Source: a virus
Lineage: Duplodnaviria; Heunggongvirae; Uroviricota; Caudoviricetes
Direction: 5' to 3' (one strand)
Length of the DNA: 64,000 nucleotides
IMG/VR virus record: IMGVR_UViG_3300043399_000676
The notes beneath the pieces were generated by a model. The model was not told the origin of the DNA. It ran no database searches and saw nothing but the letters and a program-made list of their open reading frames with translations. The position numbers and the translations under genes were made by a program. Below, piece after piece: positions 54,924 to 64,000 of the stretch. How positions within the stretch are numbered: position 1 is the stretch's first letter; each line of letters starts with the position of its first letter.

Positions 54924-57900
54924 TCATTGTGGTGGATATTTAGTTAATGACGAAAGATCCGCAATCTCATCTGCCTCTAGCAAACTAAACACAGTAGTAA
55001 ACGAAGGAATAAATTCTTGCGCTCCTGTTCCATTTACGCCCCTGGTCAATCCAGAAAGTGTGTTAAGCGCAATCACTGTACCAGTTGCTTGTCCTAAAGT
55101 ATCACCATTTGCAGTTGCAGTAAACGTCACGCCAACTGTATTTGAACTTGCTCCCAGCGATGTAAAATCTGCGTTACCAAGCGTTTGTATAGTGTATTTT
55201 CTTCCTATTCGTATTTCTGATACATTTTGGGTAGGATTTATAATAGAGAATCGAATCTCTTCTCCATTCACTAATATAAAATTACCAAAGTCTATATCAA
55301 CTTGAATAACGTCACCGGCTTGTACTTTTGCAAAAACAGTATTTTCATCCTCTAATGGAACAAGCATATGGACTTCGATTGCTAGATTTTCTCTTGTCCA
55401 ATAGAAGTCATTTCTTTGAGTCGTTGTGCTTTGTACCAAAGTTATTCCTTTTGTCAAGTTGCGAAGAGTCATGTTTTTTATTTCAGTAGTAATACCCGGC
55501 AAGTTCAACTCATAAAGTCTATAACCCAGTTTTTCATAATACAAGTAGTCATAATCACCGTCATCATCTTCTCTTGCAAGAGTAGTATAGGTTTCGGAGG
55601 TAGTTACTCTTGTTACATCGTTAAGAATAACTTGATTATCGGTTATGAACAAAGGTTCTACTAACCAAGTTTTATTGAATACATTGATGTTATAAGCAGT
55701 TGTATTGTTGAGCCTATCAATAAACAATCTGTACTCTTGCTGATTTGGAACAACGAACGGGGTCATTGCATTAATAAGAATCTGCTCTGTAGAAGCTACC
55801 CCTGTTAATAACCCAACATAGTTTGTACCTCGATAGTCATAGAAGAAAACCTTGTCTGAGTTTATCCTATTACCGTCTACAGTAACCCACAATCTGTTTG
55901 GATCAATCATTGCCCCAAGTTTAGTATTATTGAGTAGAATTCCTTTTATAGTTTCCCCTGACTTAACTCCCCATATCACCCCATCTGACGAAGTACCAGA
56001 TGCTAATAGAGGAATATTTACAGTGTTATCAATATACACTTGATATAATCTTACAGTTTGACTGTCAACAACTTCCACTTGAAGAGGGGTTAAGTTAATC
56101 TCAGTAGCGCCTGAAACTCCATTCAACAAGACAACATCTCCTGTTGTTAAATCATGTGGAGTCTTTGTAGTTACAACTGATACCGAGTTAATACTCTCAA
56201 GCGTAGCAATCTCAGCAAAGGTTGCAGTTGCCGCATCCAATGTCATGTATTGTCCTGTCAAGTTACTAAACGTAATAACTCCTATCTTGTCGCCTACTAC
56301 TAAAGGAACAGAGTTATCTATGACAAGAGTATTACCAGCAAGAGAATACTTAGTATTAGATAAACGCACACCATTAACACTAACGATCAATGTAGAAATT
56401 GCATTGGAATCTAAGAAGTTAGTCAATACAAAATTTCTTGTTGATGTAAACGTGAATACTTCGGCTTCGGGAATGGAATAAACTCCATTTGCATCAGAGT
56501 AGATAACGTAAGAAATATAGGTAGTCTCAGGGTCATATAAACTATTAAATCTGAGAATTGTTCTATTATCCGATGACTTTTCTAAACCAAAAGAACTAGT
56601 GGTTAACCGTTGCCCATTAACAAAAACATAGGTAGCTCCTTGACTTGTTTCGCTGAATAGTTGATCTATATAAATGATAGAATCCCCACTATCTTCTCGA
56701 AGAGGTGTATCATCTGTAGTTGATCGTACTAACTGCGGGCCATTACCAAGCTCGTAAAGTTCTACCATTATTGAATAAGATGAATCTAATGGGCTTGTGA
56801 GAGTGATCTCCTTTGTTACCCAGTTAATTGTATAATCAATATCTAAGTAGAGCCTTGGACCCCTGTTTGTAGTATCAAGTATCTTGAATATATTAATGCT
56901 AGTTGGTGTTTGTATAACGCCACGGAATGATATTTGATTTGACGCATTAGGTTTAGTAACAAACGAAGTCATCTCAAACCCTAGATATTCATAAGTCTCA
57001 GGGTCCCAACCTGCCGATGGTTTTGTTCTAACGTACATACTAATAGTGTCAGTTATAACGCCAGACATCATTTCCTCAGGGCTGTAACCAGCAGTAAATG
57101 TATCGCCAGTTACATTGTACAGGCTTTCATCGGCAGTGGAAAGAATTCTTCGTTCGGTCCAGTTCAATCCATCTGCACTTACGAACACTACACCATTCGA
57201 TGATCCAATTAAATATTCTGTTCCAGACCAAGTAATTGCATATAGGTCGTTTGTAGTATCTATCCCAGTAACATTTGCCCAAGTCATACCGTCAACCGAG
57301 GAAATAATTTTTCCATTGTTTCCAATCGCAATAAAATTACCATTTTGGTAGATTACGTCTCTCAATGTCTCTGTTGTACCAGAACTAGTAGCTAACCAGT
57401 TGTATCCGTTAGTACTGTAAATGATAGTGCCTTCTTCACCAACTGCGACAATAACAGAAGAGTTATTTGCTATTGCATTTAAAGAAAGATTTGTCACTGG
57501 TGAAATTCTAGTCCAAGTGTTTCCTTGGTCATTACTTACCGCAATCAAGTCTGTATTTTGAATAGAATAAACACCATCCGTAACGACAGATGTCTGTCCT
57601 TTTCCTACCGCAACAAATCCTTCAAAGAATGAAACATCGATATACTTGACTGCATTAAATTCATTTAACAAATCAACTGCGTTTGAGAATGTAAACACAG
57701 GATTCCAGTCCACACCATTAATACTTTTGAATATCTCGTATCCAACTGAGATATAAACCCCATCAAAGTAATCGACGGAATTCAATTGAGTAGTTTCAAT
57801 AGCCAATGCAGAACTATCATACCCTTGATCACCATATTCACCTTCATCAAATGAACTTAGCGGTCCTTGTGATATCCAACTTACTGCATCATATGACACT

Positions 57901-60900
57901 AGCATCGGTGTCGATGAGTTCTTCACAGTTACATAGTATTCACGCTTTCGTTGACCCACTAACTCAAATGTTAAATAACCAATACCATCAGTCAAATCTT
58001 TGGTCGGACCAGCTAATGTTTCTGAGATTGTAAACTGAGTTTCATTTTCAATCGACTTAACATAATAAGTTTGACCCACTATGATACCACCAAATGGGAC
58101 ATTACCACTAAAGACGATTGGTTTATCAAGTTCAAGATACAAAGTACTTGCACAGGTAATGAAGTCTGAGGTAGCAGAGGATCTTGTTATAGGAATGATT
58201 AGATTTTGAGTTTCGCCAGAATAAAATATGCTACTAACATCAAACTTTTGTGTAGATATCGATTGAATAGACCAATTGATACCGTCTTCACTTATGCAGG
58301 TTGACGCGGTAGTCTCTGAGTTTAAGATAGCGACATACCTATTTCCATCCCAAACTACATCTCTAACAACCTGTTCGATACCATAAAATGGTTTATCTTT
58401 TAGAATTGTATCCAGCGGGTATTGTTCTTCTGGAGCAAATGGATTTCCATAGTAAATGTTGTATGGGTAGGTAAGACCATTAATCAACTGAGTCAAATCT
58501 TTTCCTGGCATGTTTACAGTTGGCCCATAAAATGCAGTAATTCGATCAAGAGCATTTAGGCTAACATCATCACTCTTTACTTCTCTCCATTTATCATAAT
58601 CAAATTCAACATCACTGTTGCTTTCAATACATTCATATAAAGAACCGTTGAACATTACTCGACTAGCATCAAAGTTAAATATTTCAGGAATGAATAGATA
58701 GGCTTGATTAGTCTCGTAATCGCCAGTAACAACTTTAGTTGTTAACGTTGGGTTCTCGTACAATGCAAATGAATTTTGATTTTTTTGTACTGCTGTCATC
58801 CAAATATTGGAACTACCAGGTAAAACACCCATTACACCTTCAGTAATTTCTCCCCAATAATCAGTTTCAGTTGGCAAAGTATTGTTTGGAACTGGTTGAG
58901 ACGGAGTATAATACTTTCCATCATACCTAACAATGTCACCTAAGGTATACGCTGTATCTAACTCCCAATCACCTAAGTGACTCAATGCATATTGCTGTCC
59001 TTCAAAACTTACAATCTGACCGTAGTAATATGTGGTATTAGCATTCCATTCTCCGATATAATTATTCAGATGCTTAACGTAAAATACCCTTAATGACTCT
59101 CTCAGCGGTGCTCCAGTAACGTTCAATGAGTAAACCACATCTTCAATCGCTGTTTCTGTGTTTTGATCGAAATCCTCATAAGTTTTCATCACAGTAATTG
59201 TTACATCGTTTACACCGCTTACTCCACCAAACTCAGACCCATCGACTTGAACTTGATGTCCAACAGGGAAACCCGAACCTCCATCGGTTACAATCGCACC
59301 AAACTTGTTGTAAACATTTCCATTTGAGAAAAATGGGTAAACAATGTTAACAACCATTGGTGTTCCACCTGGTGTAGGTGATGCGAACGTTTTCGTAACT
59401 GAAACTTCCTCAGGTACACCAATTACTCTTGCCCCGTCTATCTGTTTAGGACTGAGAGTTGTTCTTGTCAAGTCAACTGACCAAACTAACCCATCATCTT
59501 GTATGAATTTTCCTATTAAGAACAATAGGTTATTGCTCAGTGAAGAGAACCCGCTAGATGATGCAGTTTCTTCTTGCGTACTCGCCAAAGCGTTAGTTTG
59601 ATCTATCGCACCAGAGTAAAAAGCACCAGACACCCAATCTGTAATATTGGTAGTGAAGGAAGTTCTGTCAAATTTTATCTTTGGCTTAATCTGCTTTGCA
59701 GGAGAAGAAGAAACTATAGGAACAACCTTAGCAGTCAATGAAAGAGACCCTAACTCCAGCCCTGTTAGCGCGATGCGATGAGTATCGACTGATGCATCGA
59801 ACTCATAAAAATACAGAGAAATTTTATTAATACCAACTACACGAACATAATAGTAGTAGTCGTTTATCAATTCACTACCTGGAATTGGATCTTCATTCGT
59901 TGAAAACTTAACTAAATCACCATTAATAAATGAATGATTTTCAATAGTAATAACGTTTTTGCTTGAATCAACGTCATCCGCAACAAAGTTAAATGTCAAT
60001 GAGGGTTCTATTGTGAGCGTAGGCTGAACTGCATATCCGTCGCCTGAATCAACTACAACTATATTTGAAACTCGGTCACCTTTCATTTCAACTCTAAACT
60101 TCGCTTCCCTTCTAGGTGCGGGATACCTAGTAGTGTCAATTGAAGCAAATACTTTTGGAGTAAATGAATAGAGCCTACCTGAGTTCAAAACAACGACACC
60201 AGGTAAATTAGTAATAATTGGCGTGCCAGGCAAATGAACCGCCGGTTCTGATTCAAATGCTCCTCTAGTTACTCCTTGTAGTTTTCCTGTTATTCGATTG
60301 ATGCTTGTGTATCCAATCAACTCGTTTTCAACTTTAATAATACCTGACTCAGGGAAACTATATCCGTTATCAACGAACAACTCAGTAGCAGTAATTGAAA
60401 CGTATGAAGCTAAAGTTGATACTTGGAAGTCGTTTACCCCTTCGATTCTTAGACCATAGTTATTGAACCAAGACTGGTAAATTCCACTTTGCCAAATATC
60501 TTCGTTAATATTGAAACTGTCACCAAATGAAGTACCGTACGTTAGCTGCGGCGAAACAAATCTGTCAATGTTTTCGTCGTAGTACGCTGGCAAGTCAAAG
60601 TCAGAAATATCACCAAAGTATGGTTCAAGTTTCTTATACTTTAATTGGAAGTCCTTTATCACAACGTGATAAGGTTTAACTTCATTAATGTACCCAGACA
60701 ATAATGTTTGATCTGCAAGTTGGTATTTTGGAGAGCTTTCTAATTCGCTAACTGTCTGAGTTACATCAACGAACGAGGTTTTGTTTAACCAATTGCTGTA
60801 TGAGTTTACCAAGTTATTTTCGGACTTGATGTACTCAAACATGAGGATTAAACTCTTATTTCTATGAATGATTAGATCATTGACAAAAATCTCTTCATTC

Positions 60901-63900
60901 AAAGACCGTATGATGTTCTTTGTTTCTTCTACTGGAATTTGGTTAAAGGTTTCAGAACCAAAATACCCATCACCAAATCCCTCATTTGTAGATGAATAAT
61001 CCCATAGCGAAGATTTAAATTGGATAGTTCCTTTTTCTAATCCAATTCTAACCCAATTACCTTGAGTAAAAATGTGCGTTTCTCTTAAGCCATTGCCATT
61101 CCTTGCAACTGCTGCAATTAGGCCTTCATATGCTTCAAGCGTATAAAGATCGCTAAATCTTGCAACTTCGACAGTAGGTTTAGTAGTATCGGAATATCCA
61201 CTTGCCCACCAATTGGTTAATTCCCAATAAGACGGGGTGTCAACAACTAGATAAGCTTCCCCTCCTTGCTCACTAAATTCTGTTTTGAAGATTAACTGAG
61301 GATTTCTAGTCTCAGTGATTGGGAACTGCGATAATACCGAGTTTGCATACGTCAAGTAATTCTTCAACGCCTGCAATCTATCAACGAAAAATCCCTGTCT
61401 TGGACGAACAAGAACGCCATATTTTAATGACTCAGGTAATCTATGGTCAGGAACAGTTTGACCGTTACTATCCATTCCTGCCAAGCTGTCAATAAACTTA
61501 GCATAAAGTTGAGTCGGTTCTTGTTGTATTCTTCTAGGCAACCCTGACAAGAAGTCATCCGCATTGCCCTCTCTTATTAGAGAAAACTTCTGATAACTTG
61601 TATCGTCTGAAGATCCATTTGCAACACCAACGTGAAGAATAGAATCATCCTTTATAAACTCAGCGCAGTTATACAATCCAAATTTATCACTTGAATAGCC
61701 TGCAAAATAAGCGATTCCTGAATTTTGAGGATTCAATATATAAAAGGCGATAATAACATCAGACAATGTTTTGCCCATGTTTTCAAATACAAGCCCGGTG
61801 TTTCTAACCCAAAAGTAATATCTTGGAGAAAGAATATTAGCTGCATTTGTTTCATATCTTGTAACAAAATCAGTTGTATTCTTTGGAACACCTGGTCCTG
61901 CATAAGCTTCTGGCTTAACTGTGCTTTCAATCCATGTATAGACTGCAATATCACTACCAGGGAAAATTGTTCCCCAATATTTACTGTTATAAACTGTATC
62001 GTTTTGATGATAATCGACAAATCTTACGTTAGTTGTGTCAAACCAAATGCGACCAACATAGTGTTTGTCCCAAACTAAATTGCCATTAAGAATCTCTCCG
62101 TCTCTGTTATATCCAGCCGGATCAGTCGAAGTAATGAAGTCAATATTTTGTTGCACTGCACCTAGCAACTTACCTTGTAATGGATCAATGTAGTCTATCA
62201 AGCCATACGTTTCTTTTGTATTGCTACTGAATATTTGTATGTCTTGAAGTTTGTTGACATCAACAATTTCAGACGGGCTTCTGAATACTGACCAGTTTGC
62301 CTTGTTGAGAGCATTTTCAAAATGGAACGCTTTTCCATTAGTTTCACTTACGTTTTCGTAGTCAGGTACACCAACCATAACGTTGTAGTAACTAAAGTCT
62401 AGCGATCTACCAAAGTTAGGATAGATTCCATTGTGTTCTCTAAAGTCAACAATACTCTGTGCAAATGCAAATTGACCTGGATCATCAATTGATTCATTTA
62501 CATTTTGTAGGTAATCGTACATGTAAACGCTTCCTGCATTTACAGTACCATCAACAAACTTAGTAAAGTCATTATCAAAGTAAGTGTCGTTATCCTTACT
62601 ATCATCAAAGAAGTCAAATGTTGTGCTTGTAAATCTAGTATCAGCCGGAGCACTTACGATGAACGATCCATATTGATTAAACTTAATGTTATCACCAAAT
62701 TGACTTGATCCAAGTTTGTGAACTGAAGTTATTTCCTGAGTCTTTTGGTAAAGAGTAAATCCTAGTGATGTCAAAACACTTGCATCAAAAACACTTACGT
62801 TTAACTTATTATGAACTGGATTTAGGCTTTCGTTTATTAGAGTAATAACTAGTTTGTTTTCTAATGCATAAGCATTTACGTTATTAATTCCACTAGTGTT
62901 TATACTGTTAACTACGGTTGCCAAATCACCTTGAATCGTCAATCTAAACCCATTGATTAAAATGTCAACTGGGCTACCAATTGTTTGAAAATCAGATGTG
63001 GCTTTAATTAGTCCATACTTTTTGCCACCATTGGTAAAACGATAAACAACTCCTTCCTTTCCGTCAGATGAAATTCTGAACGGAGCACCTGCTAGTAATT
63101 CATCACCCGCATAACTTGTGTCCAGTCCCTTTCCAAATCTAATGTGAGGTCTTCCGTCATTTATTTCAGAGGAGTTAATAGTCTGTATTCTGACAAATTT
63201 ATTTGTATGAACAGTTATGATATCTCCCGCGCTTAACTCAAGCCCTTCAATCACTGAAGCATTTACAGAGTAGTCATCTACTTGACGAAGTGGTTCAAAG
63301 TTCTTAAGAACTCGCGTAACTGTATTAGGTGTCCATCCTAAGTCAACAGAAGTTTCGTTGCTATCTTGAATTTCAAATGTTTGAACTATTCTATCAAAGA
63401 TATGAACAGTTCCAGTTTCTATCAAAACCGAAGACTCGTTTGTTTCTGGTGCTGAAACAAATATCTTTGATCCATCATCATTCGTGCTTATTCTATATCC
63501 AAATTTATCAGTTGGGATAGAGGTAGCAGGAACAATGAAATCATCGTCAACCAAATAATAATTATGTTTAGCGAAATAAATTGTTCCAATTGCATGTGGT
63601 TGAGTCAATGTAGAAGTAAATGATATCCTTGAGTTTGTCCCATCAAAAGAAACACCGCTAACAAGATAAGTTTCATTTCCACTATTACTAAATGATAGTC
63701 TTGTGCCAGGTAGGATCGTAGCAGTTTGATTTCCAGTAACCGTTACGAATCCTTGACCTACTAGAGTAGCGGAAGTCATTACAAGACCAGTGCTTGAAAA
63801 TGCCCAATCTTGATTCTTAGCGTAAGCATAAACTTTGTTATTTGCAGTTGATCCGACATAAATCCATTGGTTATCTTTAGATATTGCTAGACCAGTTCCC

Positions 63901-64000
63901 CAATCTGTATCTGACAAATTCGGTGCATCAATTGTCTGCTGTAATCTAAGTTCCTTTAACCCATTCGAAGTTATTGCTTGATACACATATATTTTTCTAT
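54924..64000 (-). CDS. Giant baseplate-wedge-like structural protein (5' end outside window)
   Basis: Frame stays open to the window edge; FG-GAP-like repeats, YINEVKPYH and BNR-like S.DG.NW repeats. Confidence 0.8.
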   Translation of the reverse strand, partial: RKIYVYQAITSNGLKELRLQQTIDAPNLSDTDWGTGLAISKDNQWIYVGSTANNKVYAYAKNQDWAFSSTGLVMTSATLVGQGFVTVTGNQTATILPGTRLSFSNSGNETYLVSGVSFDGTNSRISFTSTLTQPHAIGTIYFAKHNYYLVDDDFIVPATSIPTDKFGYRISTNDDGSKIFVSAPETNESSVLIETGTVHIFDRIVQTFEIQDSNETSVDLGWTPNTVTRVLKNFEPLRQVDDYSVNASVIEGLELSAGDIITVHTNKFVRIQTINSSEINDGRPHIRFGKGLDTSYAGDELLAGAPFRISSDGKEGVVYRFTNGGKKYGLIKATSDFQTIGSPVDILINGFRLTIQGDLATVVNSINTSGINNVNAYALENKLVITLINESLNPVHNKLNVSVFDASVLTSLGFTLYQKTQEITSVHKLGSSQFGDNIKFNQYGSFIVSAPADTRFTSTTFDFFDDSKDNDTYFDNDFTKFVDGTVNAGSVYMYDYLQNVNESIDDPGQFAFAQSIVDFREHNGIYPNFGRSLDFSYYNVMVGVPDYENVSETNGKAFHFENALNKANWSVFRSPSEIVDVNKLQDIQIFSSNTKETYGLIDYIDPLQGKLLGAVQQNIDFITSTDPAGYNRDGEILNGNLVWDKHYVGRIWFDTTNVRFVDYHQNDTVYNSKYWGTIFPGSDIAVYTWIESTVKPEAYAGPGVPKNTTDFVTRYETNAANILSPRYYFWVRNTGLVFENMGKTLSDVIIAFYILNPQNSGIAYFAGYSSDKFGLYNCAEFIKDDSILHVGVANGSSDDTSYQKFSLIREGNADDFLSGLPRRIQQEPTQLYAKFIDSLAGMDSNGQTVPDHRLPESLKYGVLVRPRQGFFVDRLQALKNYLTYANSVLSQFPITETRNPQLIFKTEFSEQGGEAYLVVDTPSYWELTNWWASGYSDTTKPTVEVARFSDLYTLEAYEGLIAAVARNGNGLRETHIFTQGNWVRIGLEKGTIQFKSSLWDYSSTNEGFGDGYFGSETFNQIPVEETKNIIRSLNEEIFVNDLIIHRNKSLILMFEYIKSENNLVNSYSNWLNKTSFVDVTQTVSELESSPKYQLADQTLLSGYINEVKPYHVVIKDFQLKYKKLEPYFGDISDFDLPAYYDENIDRFVSPQLTYGTSFGDSFNINEDIWQSGIYQSWFNNYGLRIEGVNDFQVSTLASYVSITATELFVDNGYSFPESGIIKVENELIGYTSINRITGKLQGVTRGAFESEPAVHLPGTPIITNLPGVVVLNSGRLYSFTPKVFASIDTTRYPAPRREAKFRVEMKGDRVSNIVVVDSGDGYAVQPTLTIEPSLTFNFVADDVDSSKNVITIENHSFINGDLVKFSTNEDPIPGSELINDYYYYVRVVGINKISLYFYEFDASVDTHRIALTGLELGSLSLTAKVVPIVSSSPAKQIKPKIKFDRTSFTTNITDWVSGAFYSGAIDQTNALASTQEETASSSGFSSLSNNLLFLIGKFIQDDGLVWSVDLTRTTLSPKQIDGARVIGVPEEVSVTKTFASPTPGGTPMVVNIVYPFFSNGNVYNKFGAIVTDGGSGFPVGHQVQVDGSEFGGVSGVNDVTITVMKTYEDFDQNTETAIEDVVYSLNVTGAPLRESLRVFYVKHLNNYIGEWNANTTYYYGQIVSFEGQQYALSHLGDWELDTAYTLGDIVRYDGKYYTPSQPVPNNTLPTETDYWGEITEGVMGVLPGSSNIWMTAVQKNQNSFALYENPTLTTKVVTGDYETNQAYLFIPEIFNFDASRVMFNGSLYECIESNSDVEFDYDKWREVKSDDVSLNALDRITAFYGPTVNMPGKDLTQLINGLTYPYNIYYGNPFAPEEQYPLDTILKDKPFYGIEQVVRDVVWDGNRYVAILNSETTASTCISEDGINWSIQSISTQKFDVSSIFYSGETQNLIIPITRSSATSDFITCASTLYLELDKPIVFSGNVPFGGIIVGQTYYVKSIENETQFTISETLAGPTKDLTDGIGYLTFELVGQRKREYYVTVKNSSTPMLVSYDAVSWISQGPLSSFDEGEYGDQGYDSSALAIETTQLNSVDYFDGVYISVGYEIFKSINGVDWNPVFTFSNAVDLLNEFNAVKYIDVSFFEGFVAVGKGQTSVVTDGVYSIQNTDLIAVSNDQGNTWTRISPVTNLSLNAIANNSSVIVAVGEEGTIIYSTNGYNWLATSSGTTETLRDVIYQNGNFIAIGNNGKIISSVDGMTWANVTGIDTTNDLYAITWSGTEYLIGSSNGVVFVSADGLNWTERRILSTADESLYNVTGDTFTAGYSPEEMMSGVITDTISMYVRTKPSAGWDPETYEYLGFEMTSFVTKPNASNQISFRGVIQTPTSINIFKILDTTNRGPRLYLDIDYTINWVTKEITLTSPLDSSYSIMVELYELGNGPQLVRSTTDDTPLREDSGDSIIYIDQLFSETSQGATYVFVNGQRLTTSSFGLEKSSDNRTILRFNSLYDPETTYISYVIYSDANGVYSIPEAEVFTFTSTRNFVLTNFLDSNAISTLIVSVNGVRLSNTKYSLAGNTLVIDNSVPLVVGDKIGVITFSNLTGQYMTLDAATATFAEIATLESINSVSVVTTKTPHDLTTGDVVLLNGVSGATEINLTPLQVEVVDSQTVRLYQVYIDNTVNIPLLASGTSSDGVIWGVKSGETIKGILLNNTKLGAMIDPNRLWVTVDGNRINSDKVFFYDYRGTNYVGLLTGVASTEQILINAMTPFVVPNQQEYRLFIDRLNNTTAYNINVFNKTWLVEPLFITDNQVILNDVTRVTTSETYTTLAREDDDGDYDYLYYEKLGYRLYELNLPGITTEIKNMTLRNLTKGITLVQSTTTQRNDFYWTRENLAIEVHMLVPLEDENTVFAKVQAGDVIQVDIDFGNFILVNGEEIRFSIINPTQNVSEIRIGRKYTIQTLGNADFTSLGASSNTVGVTFTATANGDTLGQATGTVIALNTLSGLTRGVNGTGAQEFIPSFTTVFSLLEADEIADLSSLTKYPPQ

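Noticed and set aside
39798-63520. Numerous plus-strand ORFs within the giant structural genes
   Set aside because: Antisense shadows of Thr/Val/Gly-rich coding sequence, with no ribosome-binding or motif support.

Overview
Standard-code fragment of a large (jumbo-type) tailed phage genome, almost all on the minus strand. 1-10 kb: partial clpX, a metallophosphoesterase, a DUF2828 (TROVE-like + vWA) gene, a dual-specificity phosphatase, an HD hydrolase and many small early genes behind repeated consensus sigma70 promoters. 10-20.6 kb: seven paralogous ADP-ribosyltransferase-like genes sharing an N-terminal motif resembling the T4 capsid-targeting sequence, plus a thermonuclease, Pth2 and two tRNA-Ser. 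20.6-27 kb: yeaG(prkA)-yeaH-ycgB(spoVR) and an amidinotransferase. 27-34.2 kb: an array of 24 conventional and 3 atypical tRNAs interleaved with unnamed structured RNAs. 34-64 kb: glycine-rich adhesins, a desaturase, cupins and giant structural proteins. The two strongest novelty candidates are: (1) a six-member RNA family (AG-N8-CAGCAA inside a covarying terminal stem) found in the DUF2828 gene's own leader and on tRNA-mimic cargoes, suggesting a Ro60/Y-RNA-like system; (2) a 43-aa leader peptide containing all 20 amino acids, coupled to a terminator/antiterminator directly upstream of the tRNA array. All calls come from reading the sequence by eye; no searches or folding programs were run.
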